Assembly: GCA_977017645.1 (NCBI GenBank)
Contig: OZ360219.1
Location: 211,358,001-211,422,000 of the forward strand
Direction of reading: 5' to 3'
Length of the DNA: 64,000 nucleotides
Source of the DNA: Torpedo marmorata
Lineage: Eukaryota
Shown here: one piece after another, positions 12,373 to 25,094 of the stretch
Numbering within the stretch: the stretch's first letter is position 1
How the letters are laid out: each line of letters opens with the position of its first letter
The notes under the pieces: model-generated
Databases searched by the model: none
Told to the model about the DNA's origin: nothing
Seen by the model: only the letters and a program-made list of their open reading frames with translations
Position numbers and translations under genes: made by a program

Positions 12373-14767
12373 CAAAGGAATACATGAACGAAGTTCTGCA
12401 TGCCACCTATCTAAACTTAAATCTAAATCTGATTTCCAAGTAATAGCAATACATTTTTTTGAGACAGCTAAAACAATTCGCAAAAATTCTACCAGATACA
12501 TATTCAATCTATTCCTAATACTAAATTTTCTAATATCTCCAAATAAAAATAACATAGGGTCCATTGGAAACATAACGTTAAAAACTCTATCTAAAAAATT
12601 CTTAACTTTCAACCAAAAATCTTGAATCTTTGGGCATAACTATGTAGAATGAACAAAATAACCTACTTCATTCTTACATCTAAAACACAAATCCGACAAT
12701 GTCGGATTAAATTTCTTTAATTTTTTTGGTGTTAAATATAGTTCATGAAAAAAATTATATTGTACTAATCTATATCTAACATTAATAACTTTAGTCATAC
12801 TTAATTTACATAAATCTTTCCAATGATTTTCAGCTATATTAACATTTAAATCTAATTCCCATTTTAGTCTTGATTTATGTAATCCTACTTTAGGCATTTT
12901 TCTCTGAAATAATTTATACATTTGAGAAATAAACTTATTAACATTTGCTTTAGTTATTAATCATTTAACTCATTATGTCTTGGAGCAATCAAATCTTCTC
13001 CTAATTTCTCAATCAAAAAAGCTTTAACTTGATAATAAACTAACCATGTATTGAAAATTAGGAAGTTGCAATCCTCCCATCTCATAATTCCATGTTAACT
13101 TATCCATACTCACTCTTGCCAATTTCTCTTTCCATAAAAATTTCCTAATAATAAACTTTAAATCTTTAAAAAAAAATTTTTGGAATTCCAAAAGGAATTG
13201 ATTGAAAAAGATATTGAAATCTTGGAAAAATATTCATCTTAATACAATTTACTCTCCCCATTAAAGTTATAGGCAAATCTTTCCAATTTTCCAAATCTTT
13301 CTTTATTTTTGTAAATAAAGGTACATAATTTAATTATATAAATTTTCTAATTTTGTATCCACTTTAATTCCCAAATATTTAATTCCTTCTTTTGCCCACT
13401 TAAATTCCGTAACTTCTCTACACCTAGTATAATCACCTTGAGATAAAGCCATTATCTCACTTTTATCTGAATTAATTTTATACCCAGATATTTCACCATA
13501 TTCTGTTAATATGAAAGCTAAATGTTGAAGTGATGTAATAGATTTTGTCATATATATCAATACATCATCTGCAAACAAACTAATCTTATGTTCTTCCATA
13601 CCTACTTTAATCCCTACTATATTAGGATCTGTCCTAATCAATTCAGCTAAAGGTTCTATTGCCAAAACAAATAAAGCTGGTGATAGAGGACATCCCTGTC
13701 TCGTAGAACGCGTTAAAGGAAATTTTGGCGATATTTGTCCATTTGTAATTACTTTAGAATAAATTCCTTCTTAACTTTTTCTGAATAACTTATTATTTGA
13801 CCTCTTAAATAAGCCTTTAAAGCTTCCCAAATAATAAATTTATTATTAGTCGAATTAGAATTAATCTGTAAAAATTCTTGAATTTCTCTTATATAGTTAC
13901 AAAAATCTATTCTTTTCAATAAAGAAGAATTAAATCTCCATCTATATATGATTTTTTTCTTTTTCTGGAATTATACATGACATTAAAAGAGGTGATGATC
14001 AGAAATTATTCTATCTTTATATTGCGCTTGAATCACCCTCTCTTCTAATTGTGATGACAATAAAAAACATATCTATTCTAGAATAAGAATCATGTCTAAA
14101 AGAATAAAAATAGTCTTTTTCTTTTGGATTCAACTTCCTCCAAATATCTATTAAATTCAAATCTTTCATCAAAGTAAGAATTATTTTATCAGTTTTAGTT
14201 CTGATCATTGATTTTGATGTTTTATCTATTATTGCATCTAAACAACAATTAAAATCTCCACCAATTAAAATATTATCATTTGCTTCTGACAAGTACATAA
14301 AAGAATCTTGAATAAATTGTTCATCTTCCATATTTGTCACATATATATTCGTAAGTGTCTACATTTCTGAATATATTTGACAATTTATTAAAACAAATCT
14401 TCCTGCAACATCTATAACCACAGATTGTATTTTAAAAGGCAACTTTTTATTAATTAATATAGCAACTCCTTTTGCTTTAGAATTAAATGAAGACGCTACC
14501 ACTTGACCAACCCATTCTGTTTTCAACTTCGGATGTTCTATTTCTGTCAAATGTGTCTCTTGTAAAAAAGCTTTATCAACTTTTAACTTTTTAATATATG
14601 CTAAAGTTTTCTTCCTTTTAATCGGATTATTTAGCCCATTTATATTAATGCTTACTACATTTATTGATTTACTATCCGCCATTTCTAATATTTAATAAAT
14701 ATCTCTCTATCCGACTAACCGGTTCCCCCTTCCACATTTGTAATATATTTGACATCTCCTTAGAAAA

Positions 14768-14895
14768 NNNNNNNNNNNNNNNNNNNNNNNNNNNNNNNNN
14801 NNNNNNNNNNNNNNNNNNNNNNNNNNNNNNNNNNNNNNNNNNNNNNNNNNNNNNNNNNNNNNNNNNNNNNNNNNNNNNNNNNNNNNNNNNNNNNN
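14768..14895. other. Assembly gap
   Basis: Run of N. Confidence 1.
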
Positions 14896-15019
14896 AGTAC
14901 TACCACCCTCTACTGTTCGGGAAGTGGCCCTCGCCACTAAGGTGACGTGTGGTTAGGTACGGTGAAGTCAAAACGTCCACCCCCCCAACAGATTTTACAT
15001 AACATTTGCTATCATTTCT

Positions 15020-16402
15020 TCATCCCAATCCAGCATCTTCCAGATCTCTGTTTACTTGATCATCATCTATTTCAACTACATCTTCTTGTCCTGAAGTTAT
15101 TTGAAATTTCTCTCTTGGTGGAAACAAATCCGGAGTCGGTTCCATAATAACTTGAGGTTGCCCAATCAATTCTTGATATTTCTTTAAATTTGGAAGTGAA
15201 TTTGCATACTTCAAAGCTTCTTGATTATCAGTAAAAAAGGATGACTGATTCTCTCCAGACTGTACCTTCAATGTCGTAGGATATCTAAATGAAAATTTAT
15301 ATCCTTTGATCCAAAAAATTGCTTTAGCTGGGTTAAATTCTTTTCATTTTTTAATTATTGTTGCGCTTAGATCAGCATAAAAAAATACCCTATTTTTATT
15401 GATCGTCAATGGACCCTGGTTCTTTCTTGTGTTTTGAACAGCTAATCTCAGTATCTTCTCTTTATCCTGGTAACGAAGACATCTAATTAACACTGAGCGT
15501 GGCATTTGTCAAGGATATGGTTTCCTTCTGTTATCTCTATGAGCTCTATCTAATTCAAGTCCATTTGGAAAATGTTCACTAACCAAAGTTTTTGGAATCC
15601 AATTTTGAAAGAATTCAGTTGAATTTATCCTTTCATAATCTTCGGGCAATCCCACAATTTTAACATTATTTCTTCGACTATGGTTCTCCAATACATCTAT
15701 TTTTTGTAAAAGTTCATTTCTTTGTTGTTCCCAACCTGTAAATGAGTCTTCCACTTTGTCCACTCTATCTTTACAGTCCACCATTTCTTCATAATGTTCT
15801 TTAACATCCTTTTCAATTTTCTGGACTTTCGATATTACTTTATCCACAATATTTGTATATTTTTTCATATCATGTTTAATGCCTTTCATTTCTTCCTCAA
15901 CTCCATTAAATCTATATTCCGTGCGTTGATTCATTATTGACACTTGTTTTGTTAATTTATCCATTGCTTGAATAAAAGTCACTGATATTTTTTGTTTACC
16001 TTGAAGTATTTGAGCTTCCTCTCCTCCACTTAATTCTTCATCCTCTCCCTCCATCTCTTCTGTTTCTCCCTCCACTTCTTCATATATTTCTTTCTCTCTC
16101 CTTTTATCCTCTGATTCCATTGATGATGACAATTCTTGTCCAGCATCATATTGAAATGATTGAAGAACTCTTCTTTTGCCGTCAACCTTTGTTGACCGCT
16201 CCCGTTCTATTTCGCGCAGGCTCGTCGTCTCGCACATGCGCGGTCGTTCACTCTCCCATTGTAGTCCCTTAGTCTTCCTTCGAGCGCCAGCGCCATCTTC
16301 CCCAGCTCCCCGGGAAGGTGGCTCTGGCACTGCAATTACCTTGGCCATCCTCGTCCGTGTCGTCCTGGGAGGGAGAGAAACTTGATCCCGCGGCTCCATC
16401 AC
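15020..16402 (-). pseudogene. L1 ORF1p of copy A (coiled coil + RRM/CTD, Transposase_22-like), disrupted
   Basis: LENHSRRNNVKIVGLPE and LELDRAHR motifs after a coiled coil; stop at 15509 and further disruptions downstream. Confidence 0.85.
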
Positions 16403-16634
16403 TAAGGTAGGCCAATCTTCTTAAATTAGACTTTCTTTAAGCACTATTTTCTTTGACTTTTGTACCTTTTCTTTTCTTATAGATATTCTTCAATAGTTAA
16501 CAAAGGATCTTAACTTTAATAACCAAATAAAGTTTTTTTTTTTACAGTTTTTGATTAATTCTGTAAGGAGAGGTGTATTCCCACGTCTCCAACCTACGCC
16601 ATCACGCCACGCCCCCCCATTAATTTAAATGGTT

Positions 16635-17965
16635 AAAACAGAATCAGTAAGCTAAACATTAAAAACTAATTGATTAAAATAAATTACATGTCAAAATTAT
16701 TACTGAAAAAACTCAAATCAAAATGTATAAACACTTAAGGCATTAATTCATTGAGACCTTATTCTTTAATTAAACATTAACAAATTTAAGAAGTGACTCA
16801 TCTACAGAAAATTATAGAAACAATTACTCAGACTGAGACATAATAGCTGGTAATTCTTCATCCAGAAACTTTCAAGCTGCGTCGAGAGAACCAAATGATT
16901 TCTTAGATTTGTCCTTCAGTGTAATTCGCAGATGCGCTAGAAAAAACAGTGTAGGTTTCACCCCTTGATTGTAGAATTCTGACATGATCTTCCTGTACTT
17001 AACACGCTCCTTCATAACCTCAGATGCGTAATCTTCATCAATACGAATCTTCTGTCCTTTGTAGTTGATCATTCCTCTGTGACGAGATTCACGTAGCAAA
17101 AGCTCCTTAGTTTGAAATTCGTGAAACAGACAATAACAGATCGAGGACTCTGGTCGGAAACTGGTTTAAGAACCAGCGATCTGTGTGCTCGATCTATCAT
17201 AGGGTGAGTCGGCAAAACTCCAGAACCAAACACTTCTAGCAAAAAATTTGCAAAGAATTTAGTAGGTTGACCAGCCTCAGTAGATACTTTCAAGCCCAGA
17301 ATTCGTAAGTTAATTCTTCTACAGGTGCCTAACCTTTTATCCGAAAACCTTGGGACCAGACACTTTTCGGAATTCGTATTTTTTCGGATTATAGAGGCTG
17401 ACGTCTTTGCTGCTGCCGGGAGGCCGACGTCCCCGCTGCTGCTGACCCGGGAGGCCAACATCACCGGCCCTGTTGTGATTTGGTACTCCGACCTAGTTCC
17501 TGACCTGCCGGGAGGCTGACTCTGCTGCTTTCCTGACCTGCTGGGTGGCCGAGGCCAACGCCGGCCCCACTCCTGTGTTGTGATTTGGAACGCATGCGCA
17601 AATTTCCATCTCTCCCTCTTCAATCTCTATCCCTCCCCAGCAATGGCAATCTGCGCATGCGTTCCAAATCGGAGGCGCTGGACAAGGGGAGGGGGTTGCA
17701 GTGGCGTCTGTACCTGTACGACGTCTCCGACATTCTACTAACTACCGACGCAGACCGACACGGGATTTTCAAGCGTGAGTTAAGTGTCGGTCACGTCGGG
17801 TCATGTTTGGTGAACACATGACATCCATGAAAAAAAGTTTGGTTTTCAGAGGTTTCCGGTTCTCGGAATTCCGGATAAAATGTTAGGCACCTGTACTTCT
17901 GTTTTCTAAGTTAATAATCTTCTGCTTTAATTCTTCATTAGTCTTTGAAAGCTTTTTACATTTCT
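16635..17965 (-). mobile_element. ORF1 region of the old L1 that starts at position 1, split by a MITE
   Basis: IINLENRS|RRINLRILGL...IDRAHRSL...PRSVIVCF...QKIRIDEDY; the reading is restored when the MITE is removed. Confidence 0.8.
17322..17893. mobile_element. Non-autonomous Tc1/mariner (pogo/Tigger-like) MITE
   Basis: TIRs CAGGTGCCTAACCTTTTATCCG / CGGATAAAATGTTAGGCACCTG; TA duplication at 17320-17321 and 17894-17895. Confidence 0.9.
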
Positions 17966-18711
17966 CTTGCATATCCTCCAAAACATGGCCTCTACCATCT
18001 AGAACAACAAGGATTCATTGCAGATGCAACAAGGAAAGGTCCTGGATGTGGCAGTCCTCCTGGGTATACATCCTGGAGCAATCCATTCCTCCTCAGCACA
18101 AGCTCAGACTCTTTATTATACAGCAAGTAAATTTGTCGAGTACAGACATGATGAATAGTTGGGAACGAATGAACAGCAGTGGCCACTGATGCCTTCGTTA
18201 GCATAAGAGGAAGCTCAGCAGATGGCTTGGCCCAGAAAGGTACAGGACAGCTTCAGCGTACAGAAGAGAAAAGAACTGCTCGCATTACCCAAGAAGCTGT
18301 GCAACATATTCGGTGGCTTGCCAACAAATCCAAATAGCTAGTTCTCAAACTTTTGTCTCCAACATCAAGAGGAAGTCAGAGAGTTATATACCTGACAAAT
18401 TGGTAGGCCAAATAATCAGGGGCTCTGAAGGAGCTGCCAATTTTTGCTCTCTGCTCTTCACAGTTTAGGGCCAATAGTAGCCCCTAACTCTGTATGAGTG
18501 GCTCATGCAGCTCTCCACCATGCCGTCAGGTCATTTGTTCCTTTCCAGTCTCCAGCCAACATTACTCCAACAACTGGTCCAAACCGTCAATGCAGAAGCA
18601 AAGGGCCTTCAAGGGTGATCATTACTATAGGTTACAGCAGATCAAAACTAGTTCCAAAGCACAAAAAAGGTCTGGTACACTCAGTAAATTGTTAAAATAA
18701 TTTATTTACAA

Positions 18712-18920
18712 CATGGTAGAAGCCGATTTAGACCATTGAAACCTGTGCGCCCAATTACACCCATTTAACCAACCCTGTACCTTTTTAGCAGGTGGGAGGA
18801 AACCAGACACCCGGGGAATACCCAAGCATATCACGGGGAGAACGTTCAAACTCCTTACAGACAGCGCCGGATTTGAACGCAGGTCGCTGGCACTGTAATA
18901 GCTTTGTGCTCACCACTATA
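18712..18920 (-). mobile_element. V-SINE (HE1-like) copy
   Basis: Minus strand has a tRNA-like head and the V-domain-like sequence GGAGTTTGAACGTTCTCCCCGTG...GGTTTCCTCCCAC. Confidence 0.7.
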
Positions 18921-19316
18921 CTAATCATGTCACATCTGCACCCCCCAACCATGAACCTCACAACAAATAAAAGCAGTAGATATTGTGCTGTTGCATGGGA
19001 AATTAATTACTTTCAATTGATACATTTGGTTTTAAATCAATTAATTTTGATTAAATGTGGCTGTTTGGTTGACAGTGAAGATTTCAAAATAGCGAATGAG
19101 TTTATGTTCTATGTTCAGAAAAGTTAACGGAGAAAGCCACTGGAATTGCTGAGTACTGAGTAGATGCTCCACACTTGTGGCCGCAAGGCAATGATCTGGC
19201 CCTTTCTGTCACTCACAAAAGGATCTTGACCTAATTCTTAGTCTCGTCTCTATAGTCCTCGAGTTCCTAACCACTGGAAATAGTTTGTACATTCCAGCAG
19301 TTCCCTCAATATCCTG

Positions 19317-19888
19317 TATAGTGACTTCAATCCAACAAATAGTCACTTAGAGGCTAGGTGAGATATTTGTTCTTGACACGTTTCAATTAATTTACTAACA
19401 AGTCCAATATGTTCAAAAAACTTTATTTACACACGTGACTTGTAGCAATCTTCAATGTCTTAAATATCTTCTTTAAACAAAATATAAAGAATTCTTGATA
19501 ACGATGCTTAATAAATTCCTTTAAAAGATTCCTTTCAAAGATTCCTTTAAACGTCATTTAAATGTCTTTAAACGTTCAATGAAACGTTCAATGAAAGATA
19601 TGGTGATCTCACTCACCCTCCTCTAAGCCGCCATCTTTTTCTATTATTTTTTCCTCGATTCGCGCATACTCCAACGCGCATACTCCACCGCGCATACTGC
19701 CGTAACTTCCCAACTGCACATACTGCAATCACTTCCCCACTGTGCATGCGCCCGTTGGAACTCCCGCGCATGCGCAGAGCACTAAATAGGCCCAGCACGG
19801 CCTACTAACCTCCGCGTCTCCTCCGAAACCCGCTGAGACCATCAGAGCGCCGCGATTAAGGTAAGTAACTAAACCTACGGCTCTTACA
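19317..19888 (-). repeat. 3' LTR of BEL element
   Basis: Direct repeat of 32486-33060, several percent diverged by eye; internal GCGCATACT-type and TTCCTTT short repeats. Confidence 0.92.
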
Positions 19889-19992
19889 CCGGCCCCTAAT
19901 TATTATAATTAGACACAATGTCTTAAATAATAATTACACAATAAATTACAAATAACAATAACCATATAACATTCAAACAATATACAAATCTT

Positions 19993-21017
19993 TTTTTTAT
20001 TATTTTATTTAAACTTTTAAATCACAAAATACATAGAGTAAAATATAAAATTGTCAAAATACATGTGATATATTTTCACCCCCCCACCTCCCTCCCCTCC
20101 CTAGCCCCCCCCCTCCCCACTAATCTAATAATATAAAGTAACAGTAAAAATAAAAATAGAAAAAAGAAAAGAAAGGAAAAGATAGAGTAAGGGGAATATC
20201 ATCTATAAACTAATTCTATTACGGAGGTCAAGTTTGCCAGTATATCCGATATCTAGAGATCTTCAAATCCTTAAACCCACAGCTCTCATATATGGGCTCC
20301 AAATTTTCAAAAAGAAATGATATTTATTACATAGATTATAAGGATTTTTTTCCAGTGGTATACACGAACGAAGTTCTGCATGCCATCTTTCTAATCCTAA
20401 ATCTAAGTCAGATTTCCAAGTAATAGCAATGCATTTTTTCAAAACTGCTAAAGCAATTCGTAAAAATTCTACTTGAAACATATTTAATTTCTTTTTAATA
20501 CTAAATTTTCTAATATCTCCAAATAAAAATAACATAGGATCCATTGGAAATGTAATATTACCGGTAAATACTTTATCTAAATTTTTTTTAAATTTCAACC
20601 AAAAATCTTGAATTTTTGGACAAAACCATATAGAATGTACAAAAGAACCTTCATCATTATTACATCTAAAACATAAACCTGATAATGTCGGATTAAATTT
20701 CTTTAATTTTTTAGGTGTTAAATATAATTGATGAAAAAAATTATATTGTACTAATCTATATCTAACATTGATAATCTTCGTCATACTTAATTTACATAAT
20801 TCTTTCCAATGATTTTCATCTATTCTTACATTCAAATCTAATTCCCACTTTAATCTTGATTTATGAATTCCAAATTTAGGCATTTTCTTCTGAAACAATT
20901 TATACATTTGAGAAATAAATTTATTAACTTCTCCATTGGTGACTAATAATTCTAATTCATTTTGTCTTGGTAAAATCAAAGCATGACCTAATTTCTCAAT
21001 TTTAAAAAATAAGCTTT
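19993..21017 (-). mobile_element. 5'-truncated L1
   Basis: ORF2 C-terminus 20263-21024, 3'UTR and poly(A); flanked by tatacaaatctt at 19981-19992 and 21018-21029. Confidence 0.9.
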
Positions 21018-21030
21018 TATACAAATCTTC

Positions 21031-22390
21031 TTTTTTTTTTTTTATATAATTTTATTTAAATTTTAAAATCACAAAATACATGAATCAAAAATAGTATATT
21101 ATTCAAAATACATGTGATATATTACCTCCCCCCTCCCACCCTCCCCTCCCCAACCCCCCCAATACTATTCTAAAAAAAAAAGAATGTTAGTTATAAAGAA
21201 AAAAAAGAAAGAATTGAATAATAAAGTGAGGAGAAAACAAATTACAAGCTAATTCTATTTATATATTGGAGGTTATTTTTGCCAGCGGTACCAACTTCTA
21301 GAGAATTAATTCATACCCATAATTCTCATATATGGGCTCCAAATTTTCAAAAAGAAATGATAATTATTCCGTAAATTATATGTAATTTTTTCCAATGGTA
21401 TACAAGAACGTAATTCTGCATGTAATCTATCTAAATTCAAATCTAAATCTGATTTCCAAGTAATAGCGATACATTTCTTTGAAACCGCTAAGACAATTCG
21501 TAAAAATTCTATTTGATACATATTCAATCTATTTCTAATACTAATTTTTTTAATATCTCCAAATAAAAATAACATAGGGTCCATTGGAGCCGTAATATTA
21601 AAAATTCTATCCAAAAAATCTTTAACTTTAGACCAAAAATTTTGAATTTTTAAACATGACCATGTACAATGTACAAAAGAACCTATTTCATCCTTACATC
21701 TAAAACACATATCTGATAGTGCCGGGTTAAATTTCTTTAATTTTTTAGGTGTTAAATATAATTGATGAAAAAAATTATATTGTACTAATCTATATCTAAC
21801 ATTAATAATTTTAGTCATACTCAATTTACATAATTCTTTCCAATGTTTTTCATCTATATTAATATTTAAATCTGATTCCCAACTTAATCTTGATTTATGT
21901 AATCCTACCTTAGGCATTTTTCTCTGAAGTAATTTATACATTTGTGATATAAATGTGTTAACATTTCCATTAGTAATTAATAATTCTAATCCATCCTGTC
22001 TTGGAGTTGTTAATTGATTCCCCAATTTCTCAACTAAAAATCCTCTAACCTGATAGTAAGCCAAAATTGTATTATCCATTATTCCAAATTTTTCTTTCAA
22101 CCTAGAAAATGTAACAAATCTTCCAGCCTCAAAACAATCTTTAATCTTCTTAATTTCTTTTTGAAACCATAGTTTTAAAAATTGATTATCAATAGAAAAA
22201 GGTAACAATAAATTCTGATACAATGGCATATTCAGAGATAATGACCCTTTTCGTCCTATCTCATTGTCAAATTGAGTCCAGATTTCCAATAAATGTTTAA
22301 TAATCGGTGATTTTTTCTTTTTAACTAATAATAATTTAGAATTCCATTTATAAATAATATCTTCTTTATATCTTTCCCCTATATTATTCA
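21031..22390 (-). mobile_element. 5'-truncated L1, same subfamily as 59078-63540
   Basis: ORF2 C-terminus ending YMRIMGMN; flanked by tatacaaatcttcttttt at 21018 and 22393. Confidence 0.9.
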
Positions 22391-22886
22391 AATATACAAA
22401 TCTTCTTTTTTCTTTCTTCATAAGACCAGAGTTTACCATAACTCTGAATCAACAAAAGCCTGTAACCTGTGAAGTATACAACAACAAATAAAGTCAGTTT
22501 GTATTTATCAAAGTTCCTCCATCTCCAACAGAAGGCAGACCTTGTTAATAGGTCTATTTAGAAAACCGGTCTTAGTTTTAATTCGAACTTGACGCACAAG
22601 ACCCCTTTTGTCCTGAATAGTCTCAATAATTTTTCCAAGTAACCAGGAATTTCTTGGAGCTGAATCGTCCATAATAATTACAATGTCTCCTCAAAGTTCT
22701 TTTATCTCCAGCATCTTTGAGTTAAAACGTCGACCAGTAAACCTCAAATCTTCCTCAGAAAAAATAGATACAGTTTTTCTTTTGAATTTAACACGAGGCA
22801 CTTCTTCAGCATGTCGTTTCACTTTATTCCTTTCTTCAGCATTCCACTTCTCATCTGAAGAATTTAAACTCTTAGAACTAGAATTT

Positions 22887-25094
22887 TCGGGTGGAGTGGG
22901 AATATTTATTTGCTATTTTAGATAAATTTAATTTTGGTTCTGATTTTATTAAATGGATTAAGTTACTATATTCTTGTCCTATGGCCTCAGTTCGGTCCAA
23001 TTTACAACAATGTTTTGTCTTAATAGAGGAACCCGACAAGATTGCTTGTTAAGTCCTTTGCTTTTTGATATAGTATTAGAACCTTTAGCTGTTGCTCTTC
23101 GACATTGTAGAAAATTTAAAGGTATAACTAGAAACGGAATTGAACACAAAGTATCTCTCTATGCGGATGATTTATTGTTATTTATTTCAAACCCTGAAGT
23201 CTCTATACCAAATATATTAACCCTATTTACTCAATTTAGTCAATTTTCAGGGTATAAATTAAATCTACAAAAGAGTGAACTATTGCCCTTAAAAGGACCT
23301 TTTATTGGTTATTCTAATTTTCCGTTTAAAATAGTGAACAATCAATTCCAATACTGAGGAATAACAATTACAAAAACCATAAAAATTTACTGAAAGAAAT
23401 TTTTTGGGTATTAGTTAATAAGGTTAAATTACAATTAGCGGGTTGGTCAATTACAATGATGGGCCATATTAATTTGATTAAAATGAATATTTTGCCTAAA
23501 TTTTTATATCTTTTCTAATCTTTACCAATTTTTATTCCTAAAACCTTTTTTATTTCATTGGATTCAATTCTTTCTTCATAAATATGGCAGGGAAAATATC
23601 CACGTATAAATAAATCCCATCTTCAAAAAATTAAAAGGAATGGAGGATTATCACTTCCAGATTTTAGGTTTTATTATTGGGCGATTAATATTCGTAATTT
23701 GCTTTTGTTATTGCATTTTGATAAGTTACAGAATCGCCCATCCTGGGTGGAAATGGAATTGAAGTTTTCAAAAAAAACATCTATGTTAGCAATTTTAGGA
23801 TCCTTTTTACCATTTTCATTTGTTAGAATAACTCATAATCCGGTATTGAGATATAGGTTGAGAATATGGGCACAGTTTAGAATTTTTTAAAAATTTAATA
23901 GCTTTTCTCTGGCTAGTCATATTATAGATAATAAACCTTTTCCAGCCGTCTGTGATGGATGTAGGATTTAGGGAATGGTATGGATTGGGAATTCATAGTT
24001 TTAATGATCTTTTTATTTGAGATAGTTTTGCCACTTTCGAACAATTGGTCAATAAATTTAATCTTACTAACAGACATTTTTTTAGATACTTACAAATTAG
24101 ACATTTTGTTCAGTCTAAGATTTCAGATTTTCCTCGAATTTTAAGTTCTAATTTTTCTCGATTTACTTTTTAATATACGGTTCTTTTTCAACGTCGATTA
24201 ACATCATGTATATATAATAATTTATTGGTACCGGTAATTAGAGTAGCTTCTATGACGGGGATCAAGAATGAATGGGAATGTGATTTGAATGTTACATTTT
24301 CAGATCAAGATTGGTACAATGCTCTTGATCTAATTAACGCCTCATCTTTTTGTGCTAGATACTGTTTATTACAATTTAAAGTGGTGCATAGAATTCATAT
24401 GTCTAAACTTAAACTATCACATATTTACTCTGTCATAGATCCATTGTGTGAGAGATGTAAAATTTTTGAAGTTTCATATGTTTTGGGAATGCCCCAATTT
24501 GGAGAGATTTTGGAAGGACATTTTTAAATCTTTATCATTGATTTTTAAGATTAATATTGAACCATGTCCTATAATTGCTCTGTTTGGTTTTTCACGTGAA
24601 CTTAACATACCTTTGTCAGCATCACAGGAAAAAGTTTTAGTTTTTTCCACATTGATTGCCAGACGGGCAATTTTATTGAAATGGAAAGATGAGTTATCAC
24701 CGACAGATAGACAATGGTTACTAGATGTAATGTCCTTTCTGAGTTTGGAGAAAAATTAGATATAATATTAAAGATAGAAAGTTTCAATTTTTAAAGATCT
24801 GGGGGCCATTCATTGAATATTATCATGATTGGAAGAATTAATAAAACTGACTATCCCGGGGACTCTGTCCGATGCTTGGAGGTCGCTACAGGATCCATAT
24901 CCATTTTTTACAATATCAAGGTAACCTTACTTAGAGGGAGGGGTTAGAATTGATTAGTTATTAGTGTGTTTTTTTTTTACTTAGTATACATGTATGAATA
25001 CCAGCTGATTTTTTGAATGTTTTTCTTAATCTTGTTACTCTGTATACATGTTTATTATTGAAACTCAATAAAAATATTTTAAAAAAAAAGAAAT
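22887..25094 (+). mobile_element. Older 5'-truncated L1 of a different family inserted into the BEL ORF
   Basis: EWEYLF..., RGTRQDCLLSP, SLYADD; AATAAA and A tail at ~25067-25089; degenerate TSD aactagaattt (22876-22886) / aactaaaattt (25095-25105). Confidence 0.85.

Larger units (their letters stand above)
6184..13756 (-). mobile_element. 5'-truncated L1 (copy B', same subfamily as B) inserted into copy A and interrupted by a Gypsy
   Basis: TSD gaataaattccttctt at 6168-6183 and 13757-13772; 3'UTR nearly identical to 2261-2520; ORF2 continues at 12373-13756. Confidence 0.92.
1091..16618 (-). mobile_element. Full-length decayed L1 (copy A), interrupted by two younger L1s and a Gypsy
   Basis: Poly(T) and G-rich 3'UTR at ~1090-1230; ORF2 fragments 1438-2229, 4272-6183 and 13757-14682 (MADSKSINVVSININGLNN...FLQETH); ORF1 ~15020-16402; GGGGGGGCGTGG 5' end at 16618; degenerate TSD attgatttaaatgtt (1076-1090) / attaatttaaatggtt (16619-16634). 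Continuity across the N gap is inferred. Confidence 0.85.

Noticed and set aside
17965-18700. Unassigned stretch with short ORFs
   Set aside because: No recognisable domain or repeat boundary; cannot support a call without a database search.
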